Source: Rhizaria sp. SCN 62-66 (taxonomy: Eukaryota). From it: a DNA stretch of 64,000 nucleotides. The stretch spans positions 62,001-126,000 of the forward strand of contig MEDY01000052.1 in NCBI GenBank assembly GCA_001724265.1, read 5' to 3'. This document shows, piece by piece, positions 22,185 through 34,800 of this stretch. Numbering within the stretch: position 1 is the first letter of the stretch; every line of letters begins with the position of its first letter. The notes below the pieces were generated by a model. That model ran no database searches, was not told where the DNA came from, and saw nothing but the letters and a program-made list of their open reading frames with translations. The translations under genes were made by a program, and so were the position numbers.

Positions 22185-22369
22185 ACCCTCGCAAAAGTAA
22201 CCAACTGGTCCCTATGGATTCCCATGAGGAGACTCACATAGAGATCGGTGGAAGACAAAAGCTTGTCAAGGCGTAAAAGATAGAGAGTGGACGTACCAGG
22301 TTGCCCGATAATGTAGATGGGCGCAACATAAGAAGAGGGAGGAGGGCAGACGAGAGATCGGCAACCAAC

Positions 22370-22894
22370 TTAGTCGGAGCCGATGTACTCGACGAACTCG
22401 GGCACCTCCTGGAGAAGCTGGCGGAGGTCGGGGTCAGCGATGCCGGCGAGGCGGTCGCCGGGAGTAGCGACAGCGACGGGCGCAGCAGCGACAGGGGTGA
22501 TTTTGGCGACTATTGGAAGCGAGAGAGAGGAGCAGAGGGTGATTAGAAAGAGAGCGGCGTGAGCGACGGTTCGTGGGGGCAGGGATCTGCGCGGGCAAAC
22601 AAAGAGGCATATGAGGCGCAAGATGTCAAAAGTATAGACGTACTCGCAGCGTCCTTCTTACCCTTACCGATGAAGTAAGAGATAAGGCCGGTGTAAAGGC
22701 CGATGACGCCAATGACCTCCTGTGAAAGCGAAAAAACAAAACGGGCGGGGTGGTCTCGGTGAGCTCCAGAGCTTGGGTGATCGAGGGATGATCGAAAAGG
22801 GTCTATACAGCGCGCACGCGAAAGTGCGGAAAGAAATACGTACCTGCTGAGCAGAGGTGTAAGCGCCCAGAATGCGGGTCGACAAAGCGGACAT
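22370..22894 (-). CDS. Small single-pass membrane protein (~88 aa), possibly an ATP synthase subunit k/DAPIT-like mitochondrial protein; exons 22894-22844, 22719-22644, 22509-22370
   Basis: Spliced product MSALSTRILGAYTSAQQEVIGVIGLYTGLISYFIGKGKKDAAIAKITPVAAAP...EFVEYIGSD. Two GTACGT...AG introns; one TM followed by KGKK; stop TAA. The family call is only a resemblance. Confidence 0.65.
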
Positions 22895-24026
22895 CACGGG
22901 AATGTGTTTGTGAGGCTACAACGAAGACTGAAACTTGGCCCCAGGTCACCACCCAAAGCCCAGCCCCACCCAGCCTCCCACTAAGAGGGCCGGGTACTTA
23001 GTCCCACGGTCACCAAGCGGCTCACAGTCTATCCTTCTTGTGGGCGGTCATAAACAAGAAGAAATCACAGGCTAGAAACAATCCTTTGTGATTAAAGTTA
23101 GCTTGCCGACGTTGTGCTACTGCAACACATATTAATATATGTTGAATTCCTTTGGAACGCTGAAATTGTTCTAGATCTATCTCTGTGACCGGTCGTGTCA
23201 TGAGACCTGGCTCGAGGATCTCTCGGATATGCGGAGTGTCTTCATGCTCTATATGTAAATGGTTTTTGTATGCTATAGATTAATTTGCGAACTATTATTT
23301 GTTTAAATTTCACACGTCCTAGCAATTGTTGTAGCTCATGATTCTGATGATGAATCAAGGGCCCTAACGGTTACAATCGCTTGTAGCAACGATATCTGGA
23401 GTAGGTTTTGCTTGATCAAACTATTCAATGGTTGTGCAGATACTAATCGCTGTGAACTGTGTTGAGATTCTATAATTTCCTAATTGCGTTTGCTTTGCGC
23501 TCCGACGGCTGTTTAAGGTGATTCACACCCAGGATGTGTCGTCTTATCATAAGAGTTATATCATAGCCAGAGCGTGATTAATTATTTTGCGCTATTTTTA
23601 ATTAAGCAAGGCAACATTCTCTGCGATATCAACAGTTATTTGGTGACTGATGTAGTCATAGTCTTGCAACAGTGCCTTCACGACAACATGACTAACCCAT
23701 GAAATTGGGTTGATCTGGCACTAAATGTGGTTACGAGTGTGAATTAATCATATTTTGTTAATCAGAGTGGAATAGAATATACAATATCACAAGTCCATAG
23801 ACAAAAGACGTGTTTGGAAGGTAGATTGAAATGATTTTGATCCAAATTGATTTCTATTTTTTTCCGGTCCTCGGTCGCACTCGTTCTCCCGCGCCGCCGC
23901 AGAGTCGTTGGCGATGAGATGGCGAAACAAAAGTGCGAATTCCTGTGTCAACACTCCGTTAACAGCACTGAGCTTGATTGTTCTAGAACATCCACAGAGG
24001 GACATTGATACTTGCTTAATTCACAC

Positions 24027-27000
24027 ATGTACGGTGTCGGAACCAAGCTGCAGCAGTCTGTGCTCGGCCACGCTGTGGTGCCTCAGGGCCCCGCGCCCCA
24101 AGCCCCGCTTGGCGAGGTCACGCTGGGTGAGATCGACTACACTCTCGTCACCATGACACCCCACGAGCGCACTGACGTCGCTTCACGCTTTGGCGCCTCC
24201 AAGGTACGCTCTACCTCATATCATTCTTTCATATCCTTTCGTTTGTCGTCGAAATAACAATGCCCACTATTTATATTTCACTTTGCCACCGCCACCGTTA
24301 CCCGTACTCACACACAATGTTTACAACTTGCCTGTTATGCTCTTAATCACTGTTAGCTCTACGCTCCCGCCCGCGTGCCCGCCGCGTCTGCGCGCCGCCC
24401 CACTTCTCGCTCCATCCTCCTGCGCGCTCCCCCCGCACTCACCTGGGCCCCGTCCCCGTTCTCCACCGCCGCATCCTGGCTCTCCGCGCTTTCCGCGCGC
24501 GCCGCCGCGGCCCCGCTTGCGCGCTTTCTCTCCGGCGCCTCCGCGCCCGTCCCCGCGCTGCCAGCGCCGCGCATGACCAACGGCGCCGCTCCTCCCGCCT
24601 TTGCCCTCCACCCCGCATTGCCCACGTACGCAGTCGCGCAGCCCGACGGCGCAATCGCGCTCTGCGCCATCTCGGAACTCGAGCTCGCGAGTCCCACCGG
24701 CTCCAGCGGCGGTTCCGGCATGCCTGGCGCCCCGCTGGCCGTGTTGAGCCACGAGTTGCACGGCGCCGCGGTCCGCGCGCTGGCCTTCTCGCCCGCCGGC
24801 GGCTGCCTTCTCGCCGCCGCCTGCGACGCCGGTGTCGCGCTCTGGTCCGTGCCCCCGCTGCCCCTCGCGCGACCCGCTGCGGGCTCCGCGTCGGCCGCGG
24901 CGGCGGCTTTGGCCGGGGGCGCGAAGGGCGCGGGTCGCCGCGGCGCGGTGGCGGGGGCGCGCGTGCCGCTCTCCGCGCTGTCGCCCACTCTTAAGACCCC
25001 CGGGAAGCTCTTTGGCGCGCGCGCCGCTGCGGCAATGTTTGTCGCGTCTCCGGCTGGCGCTGCGCTGGTCGAAGCCGCCGGCGCCGGTGCACTGCTTTCT
25101 CACAACTCTGCGAACGGCAACAGCAATGCGTTGACTGTGGGCGGCGGAGGTATCGGTAACGGCGCTGCTGTGCAGAACGCCAACATCGGCACAGGTGTTG
25201 CGCCGAGCCCGCTGCCCACCCTTATCTGGCTGCCACACCCCGACTACACCAGCCATAGCAGCAGCTCCGCCTCTGCGTCCGACTCGAGCCCGCCGCAGTC
25301 GCATTCGCAAGGCTCGCGTCCGTCCGCTGCCGCCGTGGCCGCCGCCGCCACGGGCGCGAGCCTGTCTTTCTCCCCCTGCGGCTCGTACCTCTGCGTCGTC
25401 ACCGGCGCCGCGCGCGTTGGCCCCGGCGCTGCGGCCACGGTCAGTGACGGTGAGCTCGAAGGCCGCGTCGCAGTGTACGACGTCGCTCAGGCCGTGCGCT
25501 ACGCGGCCGCCTGCGCGCGCGACGACGCCAACACCGCCGCCGCCGCAGCAGCTAATGCAAACGCCGTTTCTTCGTTATCTTTGTCGACGTCTTCCTTAGG
25601 CGGTGCGAAGAGTGGGTCGCTCGTGGGTTCGCTCGCCGCTGCGGCCCAGAGCGCGCTCAATTCCCTTTTGGCGCCGCCTGCGCTAACCCACACCGCGCCC
25701 GGCGCTCTGTCGGCCGAAGTGCCCGAGACCTCGTCGAGCTCCGCCGTGGCGAGCGGGCTCGTGTTCACGCGGAGCTACCGCGGCGGCGTTGCGGGCGCGT
25801 GGTGGTCGCCGCGTGGGTCGAAACTGCTCGTCGCGCCCGCCGCCACTGTCACCACCGCGACCGCCACCGCGCCCGCTGCGACCGCCGTGAGCAACAAGCA
25901 CCGCGATGGCAGCACCGGAAACGATGTGACGACTGTGGGCTCGTCGGGCGGGTATTTTGAGGTTCTGGCCACGGAGGACTGGTCCGGCGCGGCGTTCGCG
26001 ACCTGGAACGGCCTGCCCCTGCGTGCCGCTGCCTGGGCGCGCGACGACGCGACCGTGCTTCTGGCCGCCACGATGTCCTCTCAGATCCACGCTCTCACCG
26101 TCGCTGCGGCGTTGCCGACCGAGGACGCAGACGGGCCCTTCGCGGGGTCATCCGCCGCTGCGGCGGCGGCCGCTGCGGGCGCCGGCGCTGGCCGCGTCCG
26201 CCGCCGCGGCGCCACGACCCTGGCCGGCGCCGCCGCCCGCGCGGGCGGAGGCATCTTCGTCGGCGGACAGGCCCCCGTTCTGCTCTCCCGCGCGCAGTCG
26301 CAACAACACCAGCAGCAGATCGCGGCGCTGGGCGCGGCGCCCGGAGGCGTGCTCGCCCGGCTCCCGCTCGTAGGGTCGCTTGCCGCGGCCGTCGCAGGCG
26401 TCTCCGCCGCGCTCGCGGGCGCCACCGCACGTTTCGCGGTGTCGTCGTCGCTGTTCCTCGATCTCGCCGACGCCGCCGTCTCAGGCCCCGGGGTGAGTAA
26501 CGGTACCGGCACGCTCGCGGGGCTGTGCGTCGGCGGTCTGGCGTGGAGCCCCTGCTCCGAGCGCCTCTGCGTGACGCTCGCAGCGCCCCCGCGTGGGGCT
26601 CGCGTCGTCAACGCCCCGCTCCGCGCGACAACGTTTGCTGACGTCATCGCGCCCGCGGCCGATGCCACCGCCGCCGCGAGCGTTGCCGCCGCGACTGGGA
26701 ATGACGTGGAGGGGCTGTGCGGACTGGCCGCGCTGTTCCACACGCCGGCCTCGTCCCCCGCCGCGGCCGCCGGTGGAGGTGGCGGCGCCGGCTCCGGCGC
26801 GGGCGCGGGGCGGCCCATCTTGTTGGGACTGCTGCGCGGCCCGTCGCCGCTCGCCGTCGCCGCGTGGCGCCGCCGCTGCGGTCAGCGCTCCGGCTCTGGC
26901 CCCTCTTGCCCCGCTGGCTTCACTGACGCTGGCGCTGGAGCTGGCCACGCGACTGCGACTCCCGGCGGTCGCAACGTGCGCTGGGGTTCCTCTCTCGGCA

Positions 27001-27611
27001 ACAACAACAACGATGGTGACGACGAGGAGGAAGAAGAGGAGGACGAGGGCGGTGTATTCACGTCCGGACTCGCCAGTGCTCTCTACGGCACCTCGACTCC
27101 CGCGCCCGGGGCTGCTCGCCGCGCCGCTGCATCGGTCTCCACGGTCAAGAAACGCCCTGCGACAGCCGCGCTCCATAACGTCAACGATATCGACGAGATC
27201 GGCGACCACCGTGGCTTCGGGGCCGCCTCGCCGCAATCCGCCGCCAAGCGCGCCCGCGCAGCCGCCTCTGGTGCTGCGGCTGCGGCTGGCGGCATCGCCA
27301 CACCGGCGCGCTTCGGTTCCCCCGCCCACCACGCCGGCGCTGCTGGTGTCACGGGTACCATGGGTGCCGGCGCTCTGGTCGAGGCTGATGCGGACGCCGC
27401 GCTGCCGCTGCCCGCGGGCAACCGCCCTGTGCGGACCCTTTTCCACAGTGCTTTTGCTGGCGGCGCGCTGCTGGCGACGCTCTGGGCCGACGGTGCGATC
27501 ACATTCACGCCGCTGTATTACGCGCGCACCGCAGCTGCGGCCGCCGAGGGCACGGGCAGGGCCACGGCGCGTGCGCTGCTGGCGGCCGCACCGGAGGATT
27601 ACCTCTATTGA
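24027..27611 (+). CDS. AAAS: Aladin (WD40 nucleoporin) with long low-complexity insertions; exons 24027-24203 and 24357-27611
   Basis: N-terminal PLGEVTLGEIDYTLVT resembles Aladin P.G.VTL.E.N..LVT; FALHP...YAVA, GGVAGAWWSPRG..LLVA, LAWSPCSERL; C-terminal FAGGALLATLWADGAITFTPLYY. Phase-0 intron GTACGC...TTAG; stop TGA. Confidence 0.8.
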
Positions 27612-28065
27612 GTGAGTGAACACAAACGCATGCACACTCTTGTGTGACAACTAATTTGGCTGGAACTTAGTCTCTACACTTCGAGGCCGGCCCACTTGCA
27701 GGAGTATCAAATGTTGATGTTTCAGTTATATGGCAAATTTATCTCTAGCTCACATTGCGTTACGTTTCATCTTAAAACAATAAATTATTCTTTGATGCAA
27801 CACACCGACGGCTGGTCCGTACCTGCCTCAAAATGACATAATCGTAGTTTGTTATAATAAGTATCTTTGTATGTATTATTATCATTACATGTAAAATAAA
27901 CAAGAACAATCACTTGATATAGTACGTATTGCTTTTGCTTTCCGTCCACCACAACTCTTAACCAAACCAAACCACAAAACTACTGTTTGACACCGTCAAT
28001 TCAACTTACCCGCAGCGCGTTATATAACCACAATCAGCGCTGTAGATGCAGTCCACACGGCTCAC

Positions 28066-29496
28066 TTAGGTGGGCTTGAGACGGATGATCTTGCCGACGC
28101 CGATGGTCTTGTTCTTATCACGCAGCGTGAAGCGGCCGAGCGAAGGGAAATCCGCAAACTTCTCGAGCGCAGTGTGGTCGTCAAGCTCCAGACGGACGAT
28201 GCCGATGGAGCCGACCTTGAGGAACGGGGGGTGCTCCTTGGCGACAGCGCCCTTGCGGTCGAGCTCCTGCACCAGCGCGCGGACCTTGACCTCGACGGTG
28301 GCCGAGTGCACGTGCATGACGCAGGTGAAGCCGTTGGTGACGACGGGGATCTGGGGGTTGAGGTCAGTGATCATGATCTGCGCCTCGATCATGTTAGAGC
28401 GGTAGCCGGGCTTAGTGGCCGGGCAGAGCACGTGGCCCGAGCCAATCTCGTCCTCTTCGATGCCCTTGACGTCGATGATGACGTTGGAGCCGGCGGGGGC
28501 GACGGTGACGGGCAAGTCGTTGCACGTGATATTGACGATCGACACCTTCTTGGCCGTGGGGACGACGATGAGCGAGTCCGTCGCGTTGAGGATACCGGAC
28601 TCAACCTTGCCGATAAGCGACACGACACCCTTGTCCTTGTAGCGGGCAGAGATGGTCACGCGGAGCGGGGAACCAGTGGGACGCGAGATGGGCGGCATGT
28701 CGTCGAGCGCCTGGAAGAATGTGGGACCCTGGTACCAGGCACTCGCGTCAGACTTGAACGCGTCCTTGACGTTGGCGCCTGTGAGCGCGGAGACGGGGAT
28801 GAACTGGTACTCGGACGAGGAGAAGTTGTACGACTTGAGGGCCTTGGTGAGCTTCTTGGCGATGTCGTCGTAGCGCTCCTGCGACCAGTTGACGGAAGGA
28901 TCATCCATCTTGTTGATGAGCACGAACAGGCGCTGCACGCCCATGGTCTTGATAAGCATCATGTGCTCGAGCGTCTGACCGCCCTTCTCGAAGCCGGCCT
29001 CGAACTCACCCTTGCGGGCGGAGATGACGAGGCAGCCGACGTCGGACTGCGACGCACCAGCGATCATCGAGGGAACATACGCGTTGTGGCCGGGGGCGTC
29101 GAGAAGCGTGTAGCGCTTCTTCTCGGTCTCGAAACCGGCCTTGCCGCACTCGACGGTCTTACCACGCGCGCGCTCCTCATCGGACGTGTCGAGAATGTAG
29201 GCGAGATACCACGACTCACCCTTCTTCTCGCGCGCCTCCTTCTGGTAGCGCTCGACGGTGCGCTTGTCGACCTGGCCCGTAGTGAGCAGGATCTGGCCGG
29301 ACATACTCGACTTACCGGCGTCGACGTGGCCGATGAAGACGATGTTGACGTGCTCGCGCTTGTCGTTGACGTCGGAGGGCGACATCGGGGAGAGCGGGGA
29401 GCCGGAGTCCTCAGGCGCGGACGCGGCGGTCGTCACCTCGGCGGCCGTCGCCTCGGGCACGGCGAGCTCGATCTTGTCCTCAGCTGGAGCAGACAT
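28066..29496 (-). CDS. GSPT1: Eukaryotic peptide chain release factor 3 (eRF3/GSPT/Sup35)
   Basis: REHVNIVFIGHVDAGKS, ESWYLAYILDTSDEERARGKTVECG, LLDAPGH, ISARKGEFEAGFEKGGQT, INKMDDPSVNWSQERY and the C-terminal GRFTLRD eRF3 motif. Stop TAA. Confidence 0.93.
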   Translation of the reverse strand: MSAPAEDKIELAVPEATAAEVTTAASAPEDSGSPLSPMSPSDVNDKREHVNIVFIGHVDAGKSSMSGQILLTTGQVDKRTVERYQKEAREKKGESWYLAYILDTSDEERARGKTVECGKAGFETEKKRYTLLDAPGHNAYVPSMIAGASQSDVGCLVISARKGEFEAGFEKGGQTLEHMMLIKTMGVQRLFVLINKMDDPSVNWSQERYDDIAKKLTKALKSYNFSSSEYQFIPVSALTGANVKDAFKSDASAWYQGPTFFQALDDMPPISRPTGSPLRVTISARYKDKGVVSLIGKVESGILNATDSLIVVPTAKKVSIVNITCNDLPVTVAPAGSNVIIDVKGIEEDEIGSGHVLCPATKPGYRSNMIEAQIMITDLNPQIPVVTNGFTCVMHVHSATVEVKVRALVQELDRKGAVAKEHPPFLKVGSIGIVRLELDDHTALEKFADFPSLGRFTLRDKNKTIGVGKIIRLKPT

Positions 29497-29945
29497 CTAA
29501 ACCATCAAAGAGATTCGCGGAAGGAAGGTGCGTTCAAAATGTGAGTCAAACAGTGTGTAAATCGCTGCTAGTGGGCGGCAAGCCAGGCTGGCGAGGAAGA
29601 CTCGAATGGTGTGGGAAGCAGGGTTCGCAACTCGCTCTTAGCAGGAGCTAAAGCCTCCAAAACAGCATTCCAATAAATAATTCCAACATGACACACGATA
29701 TTTTGAGGTGAACCACGCCTTGTAATTCCTCTTTGTCGGCACAAAGGGCACAAACAAGAGCTCAAGATCAACATGCGTGTTTGTTTTTTTAAGGTGTGCG
29801 GTGGTGTGGCTCGACTCGGACCTAAAAAATCATTTTCGACCACAATCAGTTTTGGAATAACACAGAGATCAACCAGTCGTTGGGTGGCCGACTTTGTCGA
29901 CCTTGTTTGTACGCGATCCTTCCACCGGTAAAGATCTAGTGCACA

Positions 29946-31290
29946 ATGCAGCCTACCCCTGACGTCGATGTTTTTAGCGCCCTTGCCGAGGAGCGCGGTG
30001 GCTTTGAGTTTGACAACTGCAAGCGGTACGTTGACCGTCTGGGTTTGAGAGACCCAAGACCTCCCACATTCGCATAGATCTGCCCTGCATGCGACCCAGG
30101 AAGCCCTGAGCATTCTGCTATAGACTTTGTTTAGATATATACAACCTTGTAGTTTTGTCTTGCGTTGCTTATTCTTTCAGGAGATGCGGTCTTTCCTTCC
30201 ATCTTGCCGTCTTGCTTACTCGCGATTAGACTATCTCTTGTCCCCACTCCTGCTCCCTCACTTCTTGCTCACTCTTTATCATCCCTATCGTCACTCGCAC
30301 GCTCACAACACATCTTATAATATACTTCACGACAACTGCTATCTTTTTCCGCGTACAGCAATGCATTCCTGACCAAGATGGGCGCGACTATGCCGAACGC
30401 GAAGAAGACTGGTACCACGATCGCAGGTGTCATCTACAAGGGCGGCGTCGTTCTCGGCGCCGACACGCGTGCTACTTCCGGCTCCATTGTCTGCGACAAA
30501 AACTGCGAGAAGATCCACCACATTTCCAAGCTTATCTGGTGCTGCGGCGCCGGTACCTCTGCCGACACCGAGAACACGACGAACCTCATCTCGTCGCAGC
30601 TCGAGCTGCTGCGCCTCACCACTGGCGAGGAGCCCCGCGTGGTGACTGCGATGACCCGTCTCAAGCAGTACCTGTTCAAGTACCAGGGCCACGTCTCGGC
30701 CGCGCTCGTGCTGGGCGGCATCGACGCCACGGGGTCGTATCTCTACACTGTGCACCCCCATGGCTCCGTTGACCAGCTGCCCTTCGCCACCATGGGCTCC
30801 GGTTCGCTCGCCGCGATGGCCATCTTTGAGGCCGGCTACAAGGATGATCTCACCGAGGCTGAGGCGATCGAGCTCTGCGCGGACGCCATCCAGGCCGGTG
30901 TCATGAACGACCTCGGCTCCGGCTCCAACGTCGACATTTGCGTAATCTCCAAGGAGTCCAAGGTACGATCTATTATCCTTAGCAAGACAGGACAGCAGGC
31001 TTGCCTCCAGTCCGTTCTCAATCGTCTTTTTGCTTTGATTGACTCGCATTTTCTCCCCGCCTCTTATTTCATTATCTGTTTGCATCACCTCACATTGCTA
31101 TCCATTTTGTTACACTTCATAGACTGCGAAGGTTATGCGCTCGTACCGCCAGCCTATCCCGCACATCCCCCGCACGCACACCGGCTACGCATTCCCCCGC
31201 GGCACGACCGCTATTCTGGCCGAAGCGCAGCGCAAGTTCAAGGAGGACGTCGTCGTCGCCCCCGCTGCAGCCACTGCCATGTCTGACTAA
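29946..31290 (+). CDS. PSMB7: 20S proteasome subunit beta-2 (PSMB7/Pup1); exons 29946-30025, 30359-30962, 31123-31290
   Basis: Propeptide [22 protein letters not shown] catalytic Thr, [40 protein letters not shown]. Two GTACG...AG introns in phase; stop TAA. Confidence 0.95.
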
Positions 31291-31852
31291 GCCTATATGA
31301 CTTAAGCACGCACGCACACACCCACACACAGCCTCGATCGGCTACACTTGAGATACGAGGTGAAATCGGCGTAAGGTGTGCGTTGGCAGGCTGGTATAAG
31401 ATAATTCAATCGTATTACACTAGGATTCATTGCAAGACGGGCGCAGCGAAGACATTACAAACATGAAAACAAATAACATAGACATCGCTGAGTGTGGCGT
31501 AACAAAACTGTCAACAAAAGCACACTTATAACAGTCGCGTTTCCTCAACAAAAACACAAAAACATTTACAAAATACACTAAAAATTTCAACATCAAACCC
31601 GTAGACTTCGTTGATTCTAAGATACTTTGTATATTTTCGTACCGAGAGTTTAACCATGCAACAACTATAGACCGCCATCACAAACGAGGATATAAACCTC
31701 TGGCCCGACCCTACATTTGATATTGTAGGGTTTATTTAATATAATCGTGAGTTCATACCGTGAACCAGCACTTCAATAGTCGCAGACAGAGCGTCTTTGT
31801 CTTGTTTACGAGAACGTAGACGTATTGTTTCACACTGTGTGCAGTGTTTTGC

Positions 31853-34800
31853 TCACCGCCACTCCTTCTCCTCGGCCTTTGCGGAGACACGCGCCCACGC
31901 AAGCGCCGTCGCCGCGGCGACGGCAAGGACCGTGAGCAGCAGGAACGGCGCGTCGAACGAGTCCGCCAGCACGTCGAACAGTCCCGCAGGCGCGGCGCGG
32001 CGGAGGTACAGATCCAGCCCTGCGACGGCGACCAACGAGACTGACTCAAGAGCGGCGGGCGCGGAGACGACCATGCGCGCGCGCGGGAGCGTGTGGTTGA
32101 GCGAGAGCCAGTGCGCGGGCGGCACGACCAGCGCGGGTGCGTACGGCACGAGCCCTTCCTCACGGTCCTCTGTTGTGGGCGCCAAAGGACGGCGCGCGTC
32201 GAGCAGTGACCGTGAGAGCGGGATGACGCGCCCCGCCTCAGTGGCGAGAACGAGGTCCTTGGCGGTCAGGCCGCGGCCTGTGGACGTGGCCACCCAGGCG
32301 CGGGGCGCGTGCGGCAGGGTGAACGTCTGCGTCAACGCGACAACATCACCACTAGAGCCAGTGCTGTTCGCAATGTTGTTATTGTTGTTGTTGAGATAGG
32401 AGTCGATAACCATGACTTCGTGGCGGCCGCGCGCGGGGGCCCATCCGGCGACGGTGACGCTATTCTCCGCCACAGCCAGCAACAACGGCGGCGCTAGCCC
32501 CGCCAGCGTCCACGCATCGCGCGTCTCGCCCGTGGCGGCCGCGAGCAAACGTACTTCGACACCGGCGGGCGCGGCGACGGCGAGAACAAGAAGTTCACGG
32601 TCAACGGCCTTCGTCAGCGCGCCGCGGTGGTCGCCGACAACACGCACGGCGGAGCCAATGCGCTCGCCGGCGTCCGCGGCGGCCACGGCGGCGAGGGAGG
32701 CGCCGCGGCCGACGGAGTGGCCCCAGGTCGGCAGCGCGCGCGCACAGAGCACGCCCTTGCTGCTCTTATCCGCCGCCGCAGTGGCCGCGACAGAGGCGGC
32801 AGAGAGAGACCAGGAGGACACGACGCCGCGGGGCCGGTCGGCGACGGTGAGCGCGACTGGCACCGCGAGCAGCGCTAGTGCGCGCGCTGCAGTGACGCCG
32901 CTGTCCGGACGCGCGACTACCGCCACGGGGAGACCTTCGTCGCGCATCGCACTGCCAACCTTGTTGCTGTTGTTCTCAGGGAGGAACGCGTCGCTGGCGT
33001 GCGAAGCGTCGGCAACGAAGAGCACGGAGGGTAGCGCAGTCAGCGGCGCCGCGGCGGGGCTGGACAGCGCCACGGCGGCCTGCAGCGCGCGCGCCACCGC
33101 CCCGCTCAGCGCGGCCGCCACGCCAGTCGCGCTCGCCACACCCGCAACAGCGGCAGGGGCGCCGTCGGCCGCGGCAGCGGCGGGCGCGTGATGCGAGTCG
33201 GGCTCGGGGATGGCGGCAAGCGTGGTCGGCAGCAGCGGCAGCGGGAGAAACGCCGGGCACGCGCGCGCGGAGATAAGCTTCGCGGCGGCCGCAGCGGGGC
33301 CGGGGGCCGAGGCGGCGGTCGCGGCAGGCGCTGGCGCTGCGGCGAGCACAGGCGCCGGCAGCAGCGCGCCGGTCCACGGCGCCAGGCGCACAGCGAGGCC
33401 CACAGTCACCGTCGAGCTTGCTGACTCAGCAGTGCTCGGCACAGCAGTGTTCTGCGCAGCAGCAGAAGAGAACGAGGCCGCGAGCGAGAGCACCATGTCG
33501 TTGGGTCCCCACATCGTCGCCTGTGCACGGCTCACAGTCACCGTCGCCGCGCTAGAACTCACGGCGGTACCCGCGGCGGTACCCGTGGGGGTACTTGTGG
33601 CCATAAGTACCGCGCGCGCGTCGCAGGCCGACGCGGCGAAGAGGTACCTGCGCCAGAGCAGCGCACCAGAGTCCGACGCCAGTCCCACCGCGAGCCCGCG
33701 GCGCGTGACGGCAACCATCGCCTGACGACTACCGAACGCGTCCCTGTGCGCGGGCTTCGAGGGCGCACCAGAGGGCGGCACGGCGAAACGGTCCTTGCGG
33801 TCCCCTGCCCCGCCCATAGTAGCGCTGGAGCCGGAGTTGGAGCCAGAGCTGGCGCTGGGGCGGAGCGCGGCGGGTAACAGCGCAATCAGCCACGCCGGTG
33901 CGGCGAGCAGCGGGCGCGCTCCAGCGGCGGCAGCGGCGCCGAGCAGCCCGGTCTCGGAGGGCAAGGGCGCGATTTTGATCAGCTCGATCTCAGCGAGACC
34001 TTCCTCACGCACCCACAGAGCGGCGACGCCGGCCCCCGCCCCCGCCACGGTGGGCAGCGAGAGAGACAGCAGCGCCGCGGAGCCGTCCGCGAAGACAGCG
34101 GCGACGCGCGCGCCGGGGCCTGCGCGGCAGGAGTGCACGGCGCCGCGGCCGGCGGCCCAAGCGGGAAGGACCACGGGGGCAGCGGGCGCGGGCGCGGGCT
34201 GCAGCAACGGGGCCGCGTCGGCCGCTGAGGGGGGCAAGAACGCACGCAGAGGTGCGGCGGCGGAGGAGTCAGAGACACCGCAGATGACGCCGCCAGGACC
34301 CACAGTCGCTGTCACGGTCACTGCAGCGGCGGCAGAGAAAGAGAGAGCAACAACGCCGGCGCTGGGGTGTGAGACCAGCACAGTGCCGCTGACGGGCGAG
34401 GCCGCGGTCACCGTCACAGAGCCAGATGTCTTGAAGGCGGTCGGCAGCGGCGCGGGCGCCGCAGTGAGGCTTTTGGCAGCGGCGGCGGCGGTGGCGGCGG
34501 CGAGAGTGGCGGGGAGAGTGACCGTGAGCACGGCTCCGTCCGCGGTGGCGACCGTGAGCAGTGCGGCGGATGCGGCGAGAGCAGACACGGGGCCGGGCAG
34601 CGCGACGGTGACCGTGGCGGCGGGGGCGCTGAGCTCAGAAGCAGAGGCGGAGGTAGCACCAGGCGCGGAAAAGTAAGCGACCGTAAGTGCGCTGGCCGCG
34701 GGGGCAGCGCAAACCGCGGCAACAACGCCGCCCGGTAGCACGGCGAGCGCGCTCGCAGCGCAAACAGCGACAGAGGACTTGCCAGGAGTGCTAATGGCTG

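Noticed and set aside
30026-30140. Hairpin GTCTGGGT...ACCCAAGAC in PSMB7 intron 1 as an H/ACA snoRNA
   Set aside because: No properly placed H box (ANANNA) or second hairpin could be supported.
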